Positions 40,407-56,483 are shown, counted from the stretch's first letter. The stretch is DNA of 64,000 nt from the human T2T-CHM13v2.0 reference genome, Homo sapiens (GCF_009914755.1 NC_060925.1); one strand, 5' to 3'. Made by a program: numbers and translations. The notes: generated from the letters alone by a model not told the origin.

Positions 40407-41749
40407 GTAAGCAGGATGACAGCCTTGTCCATATTTGTGCAAAGATTGGGAAGAACTTCCAGGAATTCTTTGTAGAGTAAGAATAGAGATTGACTTCCCA
40501 TCCTGGCATTCTCAGAAAAGGAATAAATTCTTACTTGTCCACATAACTTTTGCTACCTCAAAATAGCCACACCTAGACATTGAAAGAAATGCATCATATA
40601 TTTTGACACAAAATGCCTCAGCCACTTATCACGCAGCATTTTTTTAGCTTGAGAGTAAGTTTGAAATTGCAGCTGTTATGTAAATACAGCTGCTATTATG
40701 TGGTAACAGTAGTTTCACCATTACTCACAGTCTTTGCAAGTGTGGGTATCTCCCACTGTACAGCCTGACCATTTTGTCACTTTCTGTACCAGACTAGTTT
40801 GAAAACAACTCCTTTCCCAATGTTGCAGTGATTCCTAATAATCAGTTTTTGTTCTGGTTTGGTCTCACTGGATACAGCATGGCCAAGGGCTGAGTTAGTA
40901 GCTGGTCTTAAAGTTGTATCCAACTTTTGAGAATCTGCAGAGGCAGGCTGCTTCTCAGCCTAGGTGAAATCATACTCTCTTCTACTTGGATGAAGCTGAA
41001 TCTTATAAACACCATTCCTCACCAGCTACTGGTCTCATTGGACAGAATTTAGCGATCGAAATAATTGCCAGAGAATTGATTTCCCAGGGATTAGAGTGTT
41101 TATAAAGGACAGAACTAGTGCTATGAAAATTTCTAGGAACTGAGCATCAGAAATTGTTTTTAGATGCTGTTCTTTCTGTGATAGGAAAAGGGGCAGAGTG
41201 ACCTTTCTGGAGCTAAGGAGGTAGATAAAATATTGCTTGTCTAAATTCAGAGGCAGCTATTCTCTCTCCCTCTCCTTGTCTTTTTCTCTCCCTGTAAACT
41301 GGGACATTGCTCAGGTTCATTTTTGGAATAGTAATTATTATAGCATGGTTACAATTGATCTCATTCTAATCAGCTATAATTTTTAAATTTTATCCCTATT
41401 CATTTAAAGTAACAGCATTGTATATCAGTATTGAACAGTCAACAAATTTATCAAGTCCCTGATCAATGCTGGGTACCATGCATTGCCATGCAGGAAAACA
41501 GAAACAGGAATAATATACTCTTCCTGTCTTTAAGTGGTTTTGTGATGCAGTTGGGAGAAATAAGTAAGCAAGTGATAAGTTAAATAAAAAGGGATAAGCT
41601 GTGGTAATTCAGAATAGAGTATAAGAAATTTCACAAGATAGTAATGATTAACAGTCAAACAGTTTGCAAAGAAAAGTCCAAACGGAGTTCAGGGGAGGAT
41701 GAATTATTTGTGCCTAAGAGACAATAGGAAGAAGAAAGTCTGAGCCACT

Positions 41750-42400
41750 GTTCATTAGCATACATTTCATTCATTGAACGAATACATATTAGTTGCTTAT
41801 TATATCCCAACAAAAAGTTTCTGCCTTCATAAACCTTACATTCCACTGAAAGGTGGATAAGCAAATGACCAATTGATCAGCCAGTAAATACAGTATGTCA
41901 GGTATTGGTGAATGTCATGAAGAAAAGTAAAGCAGGGTGAGGGGATGGAGAAGGAAGAGGGAACACTGTTTGAAGCTGGTTCAGGGAAAAGGCCTCTCCT
42001 AAAGTGACATTAGGGCAGAGTTGTGAGGGAGTAAGCCTTGTGGATATCTGGGGAAGAGTATCTTGGGGAGCGGGAACAAGTGCAGAGATCCTTGCCATAT
42101 GCAGGAAGCCAGCGTAGCTGGAGCAGAGCAAATGAAAAAGGAAGCGGCAGGAGATGAAGCTGGAAGCCAGACTCTTAGGGCCTCATGTGCTAGGATTGGA
42201 TTTTATTCTGAGGAAGATGGGAAGCCACTGGAGAATTTTGAACAGGGAGTCATCTTTTTAAAGGATCCCTGATGCTCTATGGAGCTAAGACTGTAAGAAG
42301 GAGACAGGAAGCAACTGCAGTAGCCTGAGGAAGACATGATGGCGGCCTAGACCAGGGTGTTAGCTGTGGTATTTGCTGAAAAGTGGGCAGGTTCCAGATA
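41750..42400. mobile_element. L2 LINE fragment
   Basis: ttcattcatt...cagggaaaaggcctctc...gatatctggggaagag...ggattttattct...gggaagccactggagaattttgaacaggg resembles the L2 3' region. Confidence 0.7.
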
Positions 42401-42876
42401 TTGTGGCATGAATGTACCTGTTTCTGCCCCTTACAGCCACAGTGCGTGAGTGCTTCACCATTACTGTGGTGAAGCTCTGGGGAAACAGGCACATTTATAT
42501 GTTACTAATGGGAATGCAAACTGATACAACTCTTTGGAAGGGAATTTGGCAGTATCTAACAAAACTTCATATGCACTTACGATCCAGCAGATCCTAGGAA
42601 TTCTAGAAATTTGCCATGAAGTTACATCTCCAACAATACAAAAATGCATGCGCACAAGGTTATTTGTGACAGCATTGTTTGTAGTTGCAAAGTATTAGAA
42701 ACAACCTAAATGCCCATACATAGAGGAGTGGTTGAAGAAACTATGGGACATTCATTCAATGGAGTACTATATAAGAATGAGTAAGATTTCCTTGAACTAA
42801 TATGGAGAGATTCCCAGGATATGTTGTTAAGTGAAAAAAACAAAATGTGAAAGAGTCTATATCATGTAGAATACTA

Positions 42877-43268
42877 CAGATGCTCCTCGGCCTCTAATGG
42901 GGTTACGTACGCATAAATCCATAGTAAGTTGAAAATGTACTCAATATACCTAGCCTAGGGAACATCAGAGCTTAGCCTAGCCTGCCTTAAATGTGCTCAG
43001 AACATGTACATTGGCCTACAGTTGTGCAAAATCATCTGGCAACACTATACACTGTAGAGTATGTGTTGTTTACCCTGGTAATCACGTGGCTGACTGGGAG
43101 CTGTGGCTCTTTGTTGCCGCCAAGCATTATAAGAGAATATCGTACTATATTTTGCTAGCACAAGAAAAGATCAACATTGGAAGTATTTCTCCTGAATGCA
43201 TATCATTTTGGTACCATCATAAAGTCAAAAAATCATAAGTCAAACTATTGCAAGTCAGGGACTATATA
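42877..43268 (+). mobile_element. MER47-like (TcMar-Tigger) non-autonomous DNA transposon
   Basis: ta|cagatgctcctcg...atggggttacgt...agcttagcctagcctgccttaaa...gtaccatcataaagtcaaaaaatcataagtc...aagtcagggac|ta. Confidence 0.85.
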
Positions 43269-43509
43269 TATAGATATTCTTTTGCATTTCATTACCTTTT
43301 ATATAAGAGAGAAGAAGATATAAGAATATCCACGTATCTTCTCATTTCTGCAAAAAGAAATGCAGGAAGGATGAATCTAGGAACTAATATTTAATTGGTT
43401 ACTTATAGGGGATGGATGGAAAAAACGTGAAAAGAATGGGGCAATGGGAAATGGTAAGGAGTGGCATTTCTCTTACCTTAGTGTAGTTTTGACTTTTAGA
43501 ACAACATTA

Positions 43510-43851
<342 letters not shown>

Positions 43852-46199
43852 GGCAGAGTATGGGTACAACCCAAAATGGAATGCAGACAGTAACATATAA
43901 ACCTAACTGTATTACAAGTGAATAACGTAACCACAATGAAGAGAATGAGGAAGAAAATAACCTAAGTAATTTGTCTTGACTGTAATATAAATCTGAAGAT
44001 AAAAAGATCTCTAAACAAATATTTTACAGTAATTAGTAATTTTTTATCACACAAATATGGATTAGCAATTCTAAAAGTATTTTATATATATTCTAGGATC
44101 AAGCAAATATATTGTGGATTTTTTAACAATTGAGCACATAGTAGCTGCTCAAAAAACATCTGTTCCACTAAATTGATTTTTCCCAAATAGGGGCTTAAGG
44201 TGCTCATGAACTCCCTAAAAAACCATAGTAAAAATTTTTGTGTATAGGCATCTAATGAGGATAGAGCTCATAACCTGTGTCAGTCTTGAAAGAGTCTGTG
44301 GCCCACTGAATGCTGGGGATTTTCACATCCTAACTATCCTCAAATCCCATGGGAGGTAGACATTATAGTCCCCATTATATAGATGAGAAAGCTCAGTGGT
44401 GGGTGAGGGTGATTCAGGAAGGCTTAAAGGAAGAGAAGCGATTTGAGGAACAATTGAAACTGAATCATGATGGAAAAAAACAAAAAAACAAACCGCCATT
44501 TTCATGAGGAAGGGAGCAAGATAACGTGAACATGAGATGGCTGCTGTAGAAATCATTTGAAGAATTCTCCAGGAGAACAACTTTTGGCAATGGTTGGATC
44601 CCGTGCACAATGGAAGGTTTTGTGCCATTTCCAAATAGCTTAGTCCAAGTCTGATGAGTTTTATACTTTCATGTTCATGTGAACTGAGAAAAAATTTAAA
44701 AGATCATGGATGTGTCACTTTGGTTATGTAAGGATTCGCCTGCATTATAATAAAAAGCCAACTGGTTTTTCCCTTTACTTTCTGGAAACCAGCCACTTAT
44801 TAATGTTTCTGCTTCTAGAATCTAGAGATTCTGTCTGTTGAGCAAGAACACATAGTAGTCCCTCCAAAACATAAGTTCTCAGGAGGAAACAGAGACCAGA
44901 CCTAAAGAGAGCTCCATGTGTTCCAGGCCTGCTGCCTGATTTCCAATGAGCTCTCCTCTCATTTCTTCTTGTCCTGGACCCCCAGGCCAAGGCTGCTTTT
45001 CCTTGGTGTCCTAACCTACCAAAAAGTATCAAGATGATGACGCTCTTTCAAGAATTTGTGCAATGGCTTCACCAACTAGAACATAGTGAGTAGCCTGGTT
45101 TCCGAGATGACATTTGCTTATACCATGTTGTGACATGTGGCTGTTTCTCTCAAAGCACTTGTTGTTTACATACTATCTTTAAACAACATTATCTGGCTTT
45201 TACATCCCATTTGTAACTAGTATTATAGTCCTATTACACTGGTACTAATGAGGTTTTAACATTGCCTGCCACTCTGTGAGGAATATTCTGGAGATTCCTT
45301 TATAGGAGCAGACAACTTAAGGCCTATTACAAGCCAGGTAACTATATTTCCTCTGCTTACTTTTTAATGTTGTTTCAGTTGGATTCAAAATATCAGTCCC
45401 GGCCTATGTGGTTTACCTCCAAAGGTCTAACTGATAGAATTCATCTGCCTCCTCACTGAGAAACCCTCAAACAGTGGGCAAAATGTAGCATTAGTCCATT
45501 TTGTTTTCCTAAAATAAAATTTGAGATTTCTCCAGCATGTCAAGGTTTTTGAAGGATTGTGCCGTAACAGAGGGATTTTGACAGAATGCTTAAGATTGAG
45601 ACCCAGGGATCCTGAGAAAAGCTGAGCGGTCCTGATGCAATCAGAGATGCTAGTCCAGTCCAACCCCTGGGGCTGGCACTGATGACACACTTGCTGGATT
45701 TCTCACCCGTTTTGCAGTTGTGTGTGTGGTGCTGTCTGTAAAGCCATGTCCATGCTCAGACTGACCAATGTGGTTCCAGCCTCTGCACTTGCACTCCAGT
45801 AGACTCCAGAAGCCTGGTGTTGAGGACTGAGTATGATTGCAGCCACAAGGCCTGAGTTTGAGTCATGGCCCTGGTTCTTACTTCCTGTATAACTTAAGGC
45901 TGACTATCACTCATCAATCCCCTCATCCAGAGAATGAGATTGTTGCCAACCTTTACCTTGTTGTGACATTATTATTTCTGAGGACCAAGTAATTTATTTC
46001 TGTGAAAGCATTGATTAGCAGCAGTCACTATGCCAGCATTTTTTTCATGATTTTTTTCTCTAACAAAACCAAGAAATTCTTGTGCACATTATCGTAGTAT
46101 AACATTCATGCATGTTTGTCTTTAGAGTAAAGCTGTAGTCAGGAACCAGTGCCTAGCACAATGTCTGGCAATACTATCTGTTGACTGATCACTTCATAG

Positions 46200-46381
46200 C
46201 AAGCTTGTTCAACCTGTGGCCCATGGGCTGCAGCACAAATTCGTAAACTTTCTTACAATATTACGAGATTTTGGGGGGATTTTTTTTTTATCATCAGCTA
46301 TCATTAGAATATTTTATGTGTGGCCCAAGACAATTTTTCTTCCAATGTGGTCCAGGGAAGCCAAAAGATTGGATGCTCCTG
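46200..46381 (-). mobile_element. MER30-like hAT-Charlie relic
   Basis: caagcttgttcaacc...gtggcccaagacaatt...ccagggaagccaaaagattgga...cctg is the reverse complement of the recalled MER30 consensus. Confidence 0.85.
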
Positions 46382-46535
46382 ACTTATAGTTTCATGTTCT
46401 CTCTTTTTCATGAGTATTGAAAGCATTGCCCCCTTGAACAATCAAACCGTGTTAAAACAGCTAAAGCAATATTATAATCTCAGACCTTATGAAACTCCTC
46501 TGATGAGAACTAATGCCTTGACCTATTTCCCATTC

Positions 46536-46797
46536 TTTTTTTTTTTTTTCTTTGAGATAGAGTCCACTCTGTCACCCAGGCTGGAGGGCAGTGGTGTGAT
46601 CATAGCTCATTGTAGCTTCTAACTTCCAGGTTCAAGTGAACCTCCTACCTGAGCCTCCTGAGTAGCTGGGACTACAGGCATGCTATAAGCACTGTGCCTG
46701 GCTACTTTAAAACATTTTTTAGAGACAGGGTCTCATGTTGCCCAGGCTGGTCACAAACTCCTGGCCTCAAGCAGTCCTGCTGCCTCAGCTTCCTGAG
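46536..46797 (-). mobile_element. AluJ-like, antisense, truncated
   Basis: gatcatagctca...cctcctacct diagnostics. Confidence 0.88.
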
Positions 46798-47148
46798 TAC
46801 ATTTTTCTATTCTTGACCCTAGATGATTTAAAAAAGTACCAATGGGTCACTTCTTTGCTTTACAGATGGGAAAAGAGAGGCAAAACAAGGGAAGGAATCT
46901 GCCTCATAGTCGCCCTTGGAGTCAAAGGAGTCTCTAACTTGGTGCTTTCTAGTGAAAATGAATGCCTCGAAATTATTCCAGTGACTTTTCCAACATCCTT
47001 GCACATGTTTTTCTCCTTTGGCCTAAAGAAGAGAGACAGCGTGCTTAAATACATGCTGGCTGGGGGAGACAGATATTCAACTAAGCTTGGCACTATGCTT
47101 GTGAATTTGCTTTTTCTTCTTCTTGATCACTTTTCTGTGTATTTCCAG

Positions 47149-47226
47149 GACTACAGCATGAAGGAATTTTCCGGGTGTCAGGATCCCAGGTGGAAGTGAA
47201 TGACATCAAAAATGCCTTTGAGAGAG
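47149..47226 (+). CDS. SRGAP2: SRGAP2 coding exon 14 (RhoGAP; arginine finger R527 codon at 47172-47174)
   Basis: tttccag|GACTAC...AGAG|gtaagg; 78 nt; GLQHEGIFRVSGSQVEVNDIKNAFER. Confidence 0.97.
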
Positions 47227-48147
47227 GTAAGGAAACAGTCTTGAAGATAAAACCAAATATTTGCCAGCCCCCTGGGGTATTGGCTCCACCCTTTCTTCTC
47301 TAAGAGGTCCCCAGAGGTCAGGAAGCCAACTTCCCTGTCTCTTCAGGGGGTACCTGCTGTCTTGTACACATTCCCCTGTAGATATGCAGAGAAATACCAG
47401 GGCACATCCCAGTTTCCTTCTTCTTTCGTAGCCCTACCCATCCTGCCTCTTTCACGCCGATGATCTGCCAAAACCCAAGAAGTTAACTATGATATCTGGG
47501 CGGTTTATGGCTTCATCCGGAACCCTTGGTAGCAGTTAATATCAAGGCTAATGCGCTTGTTCATTGTAGCCCATTTATTATTTTGTGGGCTATTAAGGTA
47601 ATGGGCAAGCTTTGGCAATTTCCGTCACTGTAATGGATATATATAGTGTCAATTTGAGGTTGGCCCTATCATTAAATCTAATTACATCTGATATGAAATT
47701 TTCCATAGGGAGCTCTGGCATGATTGTTCTGTAAGTAGGTGTTCTTGGTTGCAGGCCAGGAGACGTGAGAGCCAGTCTCAGGAGCTGGCCTCCTTGGCCT
47801 CATTTTTCTCCCCGCAGGGGCTCAGTCCCAGCCTGGTTTCATGATTCTTGTGAGATACAGTTGCTGTGTCCCATCCTCAGCCCATAGGGAATGTCCCTGA
47901 GCCAGGCTGGCACAAGAGAGTTTATATTGGTGGACTCATCTGCCGTGCTTTGGTCCTGGAGCCCCTGAAATGGAGCAGTCTTTGCTTTATCTGTTCCCTG
48001 GTCTGTCCCACTCATGGCCACCATGCCGGGCAGAAAGCTGATGGATTGGGACCAGGACATGCATGGTTCACCCCTTCCCCACGTTCGTCCTGTGTGTTTT
48101 TGCCTCTCTCACTCTCTTTCCTTTTCGTGGGGGTTGCTTATCCTCAG

Positions 48148-48282
48148 GAGAGGACCCCCTGGCTGGGGACCAGAACGACCATGACATGGATTCCATAGCT
48201 GGTGTCCTGAAGCTTTACTTCCGGGGGCTGGAACACCCTCTCTTCCCCAAGGACATCTTTCATGACCTGATGGCCTGCGTCA
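48148..48282 (+). CDS. SRGAP2: SRGAP2 coding exon 15 (RhoGAP)
   Basis: tcctcag|GAGAGG...CGTCA|gtaagt; 135 nt; GEDPLAGDQNDHDMDSIAGVLKLYFRGLEHPLFPKDIFHDLMACV. Confidence 0.97.
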
Positions 48283-49794
48283 GTAAGTACCATTCTGGCT
48301 TCAGATTGGCTTCTGGGCTACAGCACCGGTAGCAAGAGAGAAAAAGTTTCCACAGGGTCTGTGTGTTCTCATAAGCTTTTCAATGAAGTTTTTCTTTTCC
48401 CCAGTGAAATTTCTCCTCAGCCTCACTCCTTCATCCCCTGGTGGGAGGGGAGGAGGAAAGACTTTTCAGTAAGAATCTAGGACCCCCCAAGTCAGTACTC
48501 CTGGCCTTTTTTTTTTTCTTCTGATTCATCTCTGGGCTTTATCTTTTTTTAGTAAAATACCTTTATTTTCAATTATGTATTTGAAGCTTATACATTAGTG
48601 CTTGTGCTTTTCATGGTACAAGGGGGAAAAGCATAAGCGTTGCAAATATTTCATGCTTGTTGCATTAAACAAGACATGGCTTACCTGCTAAATGTATTAA
48701 TATGTGTTCTAGGAACAAAAGCCCTCTGCACATTTAAAAGTAGTAATAGGATATTTTCCCAAAGAGAAAGGTATATTCTCTGCTTTATCCTCTTAGGAGT
48801 TCTCTGCCTCTTACTCTAAAATTTGGGTCTTGAAAAGCTATTCCTAGCCATTTGGTTTAGCTTGTGGTACTGGAACACCCTCTCATTTGTTTGCCAGGGA
48901 AAACAATCAATGGAAACTTGGATTAATACAGGTCAGCCTGGAAGCAGGCCCTGTCTGACTGATGGCTCCAGAGGCTGGAGGGAGTGGTACCTTTGAATGG
49001 AGAAAAGATCCTTCTTCCTAGGTTGACCAGATCTTCATACCTGCTGAGTTTCCAGTTTCACTCAGTATCTGCCCTGAGTACTTGTCCCTCTCTGTTATCC
49101 TGAGAAATGCCCAGGGCATTTGGGAAGCTGGCTCTCTGGTTTGTTTTGTTGACTTCTGTTTGTGGGAGTCTAGTGGAAGTGAGTTATGTGGGTGATTAAG
49201 AATGTGATTCCCTTGGGTCATGTCTTTGTCTTTTTCCGGGACTGGGCCTAGGTGAAGTATCTTAAGCTGAACTGGGGTTGCCAAGACAGTTCAATATCCC
49301 TTGGCTGCCCAGTTCTTCCCTAGAGATACACTCTTCTTCCTAATCCAGTACTTCCCATCTCTTTTTCATATAAAGGCACTCATAGAAAATGGCAGTGTTT
49401 ACATGGCACACTGTGGAAGTGAGAGGCTGCCTATGATGGAGGACCTGTAATTGACCTATAATTAACCTCTCCACAGCACAAGAAAACCTTTCAGGTCTCC
49501 TTCCCAATATCACTACATACCCAGGGGCCTGCTACCTCTTGCCTCAGGCCACTTTTTACTCATTCATAGTGCAGATAAGGGAGGGAGAAGATAAGCCACA
49601 CTTGTCCAGAGGATGAGATGGCATGTGTGGAGTGAGCAGGACAGGCCTCTTGCACAGCCTCTCTTCCCACCGAGAAGTAGGCCCTTTGAGGCTTTGTGTT
49701 GAGCAGTTACAGCAGGTTGGCGGCAGCTCCCTGTCAGTGGTTGTTTGAATAAGAGGGTGGTAGATCCTGTGGGGAACATTTCTAACCCCATTTC

Positions 49795-49909
49795 CTGTGC
49801 CCAAATCCAAATCCAAACTTGTTATTAATAACAATGAGATTACAACAACCCTAGTTCAGTTTAATATTAATAATGTGTAATAACGAGTTTGGATTTGGAT
49901 TTGGCACAG
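49795..49909. repeat. ~32-bp near-perfect inverted repeat with ~50-nt AT-rich spacer
   Basis: ctgtgcccaaatccaaatccaaacttgttatta ... taataacgagtttggatttggatttggcacag. Confidence 0.93.
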
Positions 49910-50159
49910 TTCCCTGTGCCCAAGAAGTATACACCTTACATCCGGCAATGGTAAATGTCTGGAGCCCAGCAGGTGCCCTCTTCTAACAGCCCTACTCCAA
50001 GGAGCAACAGGGATGACACTCCTGTCACTGCACCAGTGCTGTGCGTGGGCTTGATCTGATGCTGTCCGTGTTGCCCCTGCTGGTAGTAGGGACTTCTGAT
50101 CATTACTGCCTGGGATCCCAGTCATAGTGGAGGATAACACATGGCTTTCTTCTTTTCAG

Positions 50160-50265
50160 CAATGGACAACCTGCAGGAGAGAGCTCTGCACATCCGGAAA
50201 GTCCTCCTAGTCCTGCCCAAAACCACTCTGATTATCATGAGATACCTCTTTGCCTTCCTCAATCA
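50160..50265 (+). CDS. SRGAP2: SRGAP2 coding exon 16 (RhoGAP)
   Basis: ttttcag|CAATGG...AATCA|gtgagt; 106 nt, phase 1-2; TMDNLQERALHIRKVLLVLPKTTLIIMRYLFAFLNH. Confidence 0.96.
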
Positions 50266-50339
50266 GTGAGTAGCCTTCCCAGTGAACAGCTGGATCAGGC
50301 TTTGGCTTGGGCACTGGAAGTTCCTCTATGGACCTATGC

Positions 50340-51530
<1,191 letters not shown>

Positions 51531-53486
51531 TGTGTCTACAACAAAGGTCTGAGGAGCAGAGGGGGCCGCGGGTGTGGATGGGGCATTTCTTCTCGTCCAA
51601 GCAGCATGTCCTTGTGTGGAGCAAGCTTTGGAGTCCCCACATGACAGGAAAGGCACCAAGCAAGGACATGTGATTCTTCCCCTCTGAGGCACCTCTGTCT
51701 TTTCACTTTGGTTTTGCTGCAGTTTCGCCCTCAACAGCCTAGACCAAAGGTTATAAATGGGCACCCTGAGAGCCAGATAAAGCCGAAGATGTGTTCTCTT
51801 CAGGTGTCTATTGTGTCTTGAGAACAATGAAATCATACTTACATTTGGGGAAATTTCACTTTTTAAAAACCTAGATTTCTAGCTTCTTTTGAAAAATTAT
51901 TAGATCTGGTGATACTGACTCTGCAGTCCCTGGTGGCAGCAATTCCCTGTGGAGTAAGGGCTGTACTCCCTAGATGGGGCAGGCACTCCCCAATTCACCA
52001 CAGTCCCCAGCCCTCCCCGTTGTCCCCCAATCCTGAGGCTGAATTCAGTTGCTATTTATCATCACTCTTGTTTTGTGGTTTTCATAGAGAACAAAAATGT
52101 TTCTCTGGATCCATGAATCTATCAGAGTAGGGGAAACAAAAGGTAAACCAAGGGACCCAGGTGTTTTTGCACATATTTCTTTGTGAAAATGAGGAGCCTT
52201 CTACAAGGTTAGTCTCTGCTTAAAAGGAATACAACTTTAGAGACCATTTCATAAGTGTCAGCTTGCTTCCAAGTTTGTGGTCAACCTGGCCTTATAGGTA
52301 TCTGGGTTAGTGGCCCCAGCTTGAGACCTTTTCTGGGGCACCCACACTATCATGTAGCCCCCTTGCTGGCCCTTCAGAGCTACAGAGGGTCCTTGTTCCC
52401 CATCTTGTCTCTTCCATGCGGTTGTGTCTGCTCTATTCATTGGCCAGGCCCTGACTCAGCACCACCACTGCCTTTGGGTTGAACACCCCAGTGAGTCACA
52501 CAGCGTGTTCATGTGCAGCCTGGAAACTCTGCTAATTACTCTCGAGTTAGTCCCTTCAGGGCTACCAGTCATTGTCTCCCCTCAGAGACCAATACCTGCC
52601 CTCAACATGAGCCTCGTCTGTGCCCCCAGAGCTGGGAGCATGACAGTGGTGAGCAAATGGGGATGAGGGGAAAACAGGGAGGGCTGGGGGACTATATGTG
52701 ACAGTACAGTGGGGAGAAACAATAGAATAAGCATCCATGCAGGGTTGCTGCTTGCAGAGATGGCAGCCACTATTGAAGACAGCATAGGAATTGCACCAAT
52801 TCAAATTATTCATTTTGTTTTGCTTTTATTGGGTTTTTTTCTGATTGAAACGAGATTGATTTGCTCATCAAAGTGTTAACATTAAAAAAATGCAGCATTA
52901 ATAAAGTGTTTTCTAAAATAATAAATAGAATGCAAGACACAAATGATAAAGCAGACCACCTCCACAGGAAGACAGCAGCTGACAGGTGTGCACTTCCGGA
53001 CAGGGGTAGCAATAGTTGGCAGGTAGCTCCCGATGCAGACTCTGCCTGGGCCCAGACCATCAGGACCCTTTTTCTTCATTGCTGTGAGTCCTGGATGTAT
53101 GTGTACTTTATTTCTGGCTACTGTTTGTTCTTGGATTGGACACATTGTCAATCTCAAGGAACCAAAAAAGCTAATATCTCAGTTTCTGTGGGTCTGGAAT
53201 CCAAGTACAGCTTAGCAGGGGCCCTCTGGAGAGGTAATTGCATATCATTAAAAAGTTAAAAATCCAGAAAAGTGCATGCTAAAAAGTAAGTTTCCCAACA
53301 CCAATCCTGGCGCCCCAAAAAGCCTCTGTTCCTAACCACAATGCTGAACCTTTTTATGAAGCACAAAAGATGAGTTCAAATCAGTTAGGAGAATTCACTA
53401 ATAATATGAACTGAAACTGTAGAAATACAGTAGAACTCTTTGAGGACATGGCATGAGTGACTACAAGTCGACACCAAAAATTTTAA

Positions 53487-53869
<383 letters not shown>

Positions 53870-54091
53870 TAGATATTTCTTTAAAAATAAAAATCCAGTT
53901 TTTTATACTCTTACACTAGACACAGCCTTCAGGGACTTCAAAGATTATTAACACCATGACATTTTACACAAAACTGTGTGCATTTATTTATATGCGCACA
54001 TATGTGAATTTTTCTGGGGAGAGAATCCCTAGTTTTTGTCAAGTTATTGAAGGAACTTGTGTCCCCTAAATAGTTAAGAACCACTGCTTTA

Positions 54092-54375
54092 GGACAGGCG
54101 CAGTAGCTCACACCTGTAATCCCAGCACGTTGGGTGGCCAAGGCGGGTGGATCACCTGAGGTCAGGAGTTTGAGACCAGCCTGGCCAACATGGCGAAACC
54201 CTCTCTCTACTAAAAATATAAAAATTAGCCAGGCGTGGTGGTGCACGCCTGTGGTCCCAGCTACTTGGGAGGCTGAGGCAGGAGAATCACTTGAACCCAG
54301 GAGGCAGAGGCCTCAGTGAGCCAAGATTGTACCACTGTAACCCAGACAGGCGACTCCGTCTCAAAAAAAAAAAAA
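54092..54375 (+). mobile_element. Alu (AluS-like), sense
   Basis: Alu body; TSD aagaaccactgctt. Confidence 0.94.
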
Positions 54376-56258
54376 AGAACCACTGCTTCAGCCCCTAAAC
54401 TTAGATGTTCCCACTGTATATTGGAAAAGAAAAATGGATTTTCATCTGTATTTTGATGGGAGCAAGAAAATAGACCTAGAATCATGAGACCACAGTCCAC
54501 AAAGATGTGTCCTCTTCAAGCTCCTGGTCATTGTAGCCACCTATGAATTGAACAGTTCTTACCTTAGCAGGCTTCCCAACATTCTTCATCTTCCACAGAG
54601 CTTTGACTCAGGACTCTCAGGACTAGAGTTTGTTTCCCTTTGACCATCAGGCTTCCCAGACACTACTGGTTTTCTTTTATGTTACCAAAACATTGTCAGA
54701 TCACTCTAAAGTATCAAGGCCTTCCTCCTCTTTGTCCCTCCATGACACCAGGAACTGGCCAGCCTTGGATTAGCTACAGCTTAAGCCTGCAGCACCTCAT
54801 GCCTCAGTTGTTTGCTCTGAGGTTACCAAGGTAATTATCCTCCTGTCCCTCCCCAGTTTTAATTTGACTAGGAAGTAGACTTAGAAACTTCCCCTAGTCT
54901 TTTCTAAATCTCTGCTCTCTTTGAACTCAGGATCCGGGGAAGGATTATACACTTTTAAGAACTCCTGTGAAGCAATCCAATGAGATTTGTAACCTCCCCC
55001 GTTGCTGGCCTCTCCTGCATTTGATTCCAGGCTCTAGAGAACAGTGATTCTCAACTCTTTTCTCCCATCACGTCCATAATACCACTCTTCAAGTCCTGCA
55101 GTGATTCGCAAACAGACAGGGGGTACATCTCCAGGAGGGGAGAGAACCACTGAGTCAGAGGGTAATGGGCTTTGTAATGTGAGGCTGGATGAGGGGTACA
55201 CTACAGAAACAAACTCTGCAATCAGTTCTGAAGAACAGCTACTCAGATGGAGACAGCTGAGTCTCAGGCCTCGTTTCCCAACAGAGGACCTTTGGTTCCT
55301 TCTCAGAATCAAATCCTGCCCATGCCTATAAGGGAGACTCCTCAGCAGAGCTCACAGCTCTGCAGGCTGTGTTGGGGAGGTATCCAGAGCTGGCCCAGCC
55401 CTCAATGCCTGGACGGGCAAGGCCCAATGGGACTCATCAGGTGCAGTGGCTCATTGAAGGCCTTGGGTCCTTGGCCAAGGTTGGAGGTGTGGCTGGAACA
55501 GCTGCTGGCTGAGAAGGGGAGAGTTCCCAGAATAAATAAATACCCGAGAATGAAGTCAGCCTGCATCCAGAGGAAGCCCGAGCAGAAGCCAAATGGCATG
55601 CTGACCTTTTCCTGAAAAAATCCTGAATGTAATAATCTAGAAGGAGATTATGAACACGAAAAACAATTGCATTTGCTGTTCTAGGAAGAAATTCACTGGC
55701 TTGATGGAATACGAAAGCTAATCAGTTGGCTATTTGTTAATAAGTCTAGAGGCTAGAAAGGAATATCCCTAATAATTTGATTATTTTGTTATGCAAGAAG
55801 GTACACAATGCACAGTGCCTGTGCCTCTGACCATATCTTTACCAGGGCAGCCTGAGGGTCCCCGTCTGCCCTGGCAGCTTAGTATGTTGGTGTGTAGCAG
55901 CCATATTCAGCTCTGCAGAGTGACATGTTCTCAAGGTCATGTGGCCTTTGATAGATAAGATCCGGGGATAGGGATGAGGATGGGGTGGTAAGTAGAATTT
56001 GAAATGGGAGCTGGAAAGAGAGAAGGGATCAGAGCTGCAAGCAAGTACCTCTAGTTTGCATTTCCTGAGCTCCTGAATGACCATTCTGGTTGTCAGTTTT
56101 CTCCCCAGCTTACTTTCTGGAAAGTCTCTGACACCCAGAAAGGCAGGTGGCAATTTGTGGACCTTCTGCTTTTGCTCTTGGCAGCGCCTCCTGTGATTGT
56201 GTTTTCTGGGCATTCATGCGAGAGCTTTCCAGCTTGCCCCCTTTCCCTTCTCCTCCAG

Positions 56259-56483
56259 TTTATCACAGTTCAGTGAAGAGAACATGATGGACCCCTACAA
56301 CCTCGCCATCTGCTTCGGGCCCTCGCTAATGTCAGTGCCAGAGGGCCACGACCAGGTGTCCTGCCAAGCCCACGTGAATGAGCTGATCAAAACCATCATC
56401 ATCCAGCATGAGAACATCTTCCCAAGCCCCAGGGAGCTGGAGGGCCCTGTCTACAGCAGAGGAGGAAGCATGGAGGATTACTG
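56259..56483 (+). CDS. SRGAP2: SRGAP2 coding exon 17 (end of RhoGAP)
   Basis: cctccag|TTTATC...TACTG|gtaggg; 225 nt; LSQFSEENMMDPYNLAICFGPSLMSVPEGHDQVSCQAHVNELIKTIIIQHENIFPSPRELEGPVYSRGGSMEDY. Confidence 0.97.

Noticed and set aside
48145-48150. CAGGAG tandem acceptor at exon 15
   Set aside because: A distal GAG is rarely used as an acceptor; nothing else supports it.
49795-49909. Hairpin as a pre-miRNA
   Set aside because: The ~50-nt spacer and tandem ccaaat units are atypical, and I recognise no known miRNA; kept only as a structural finding.
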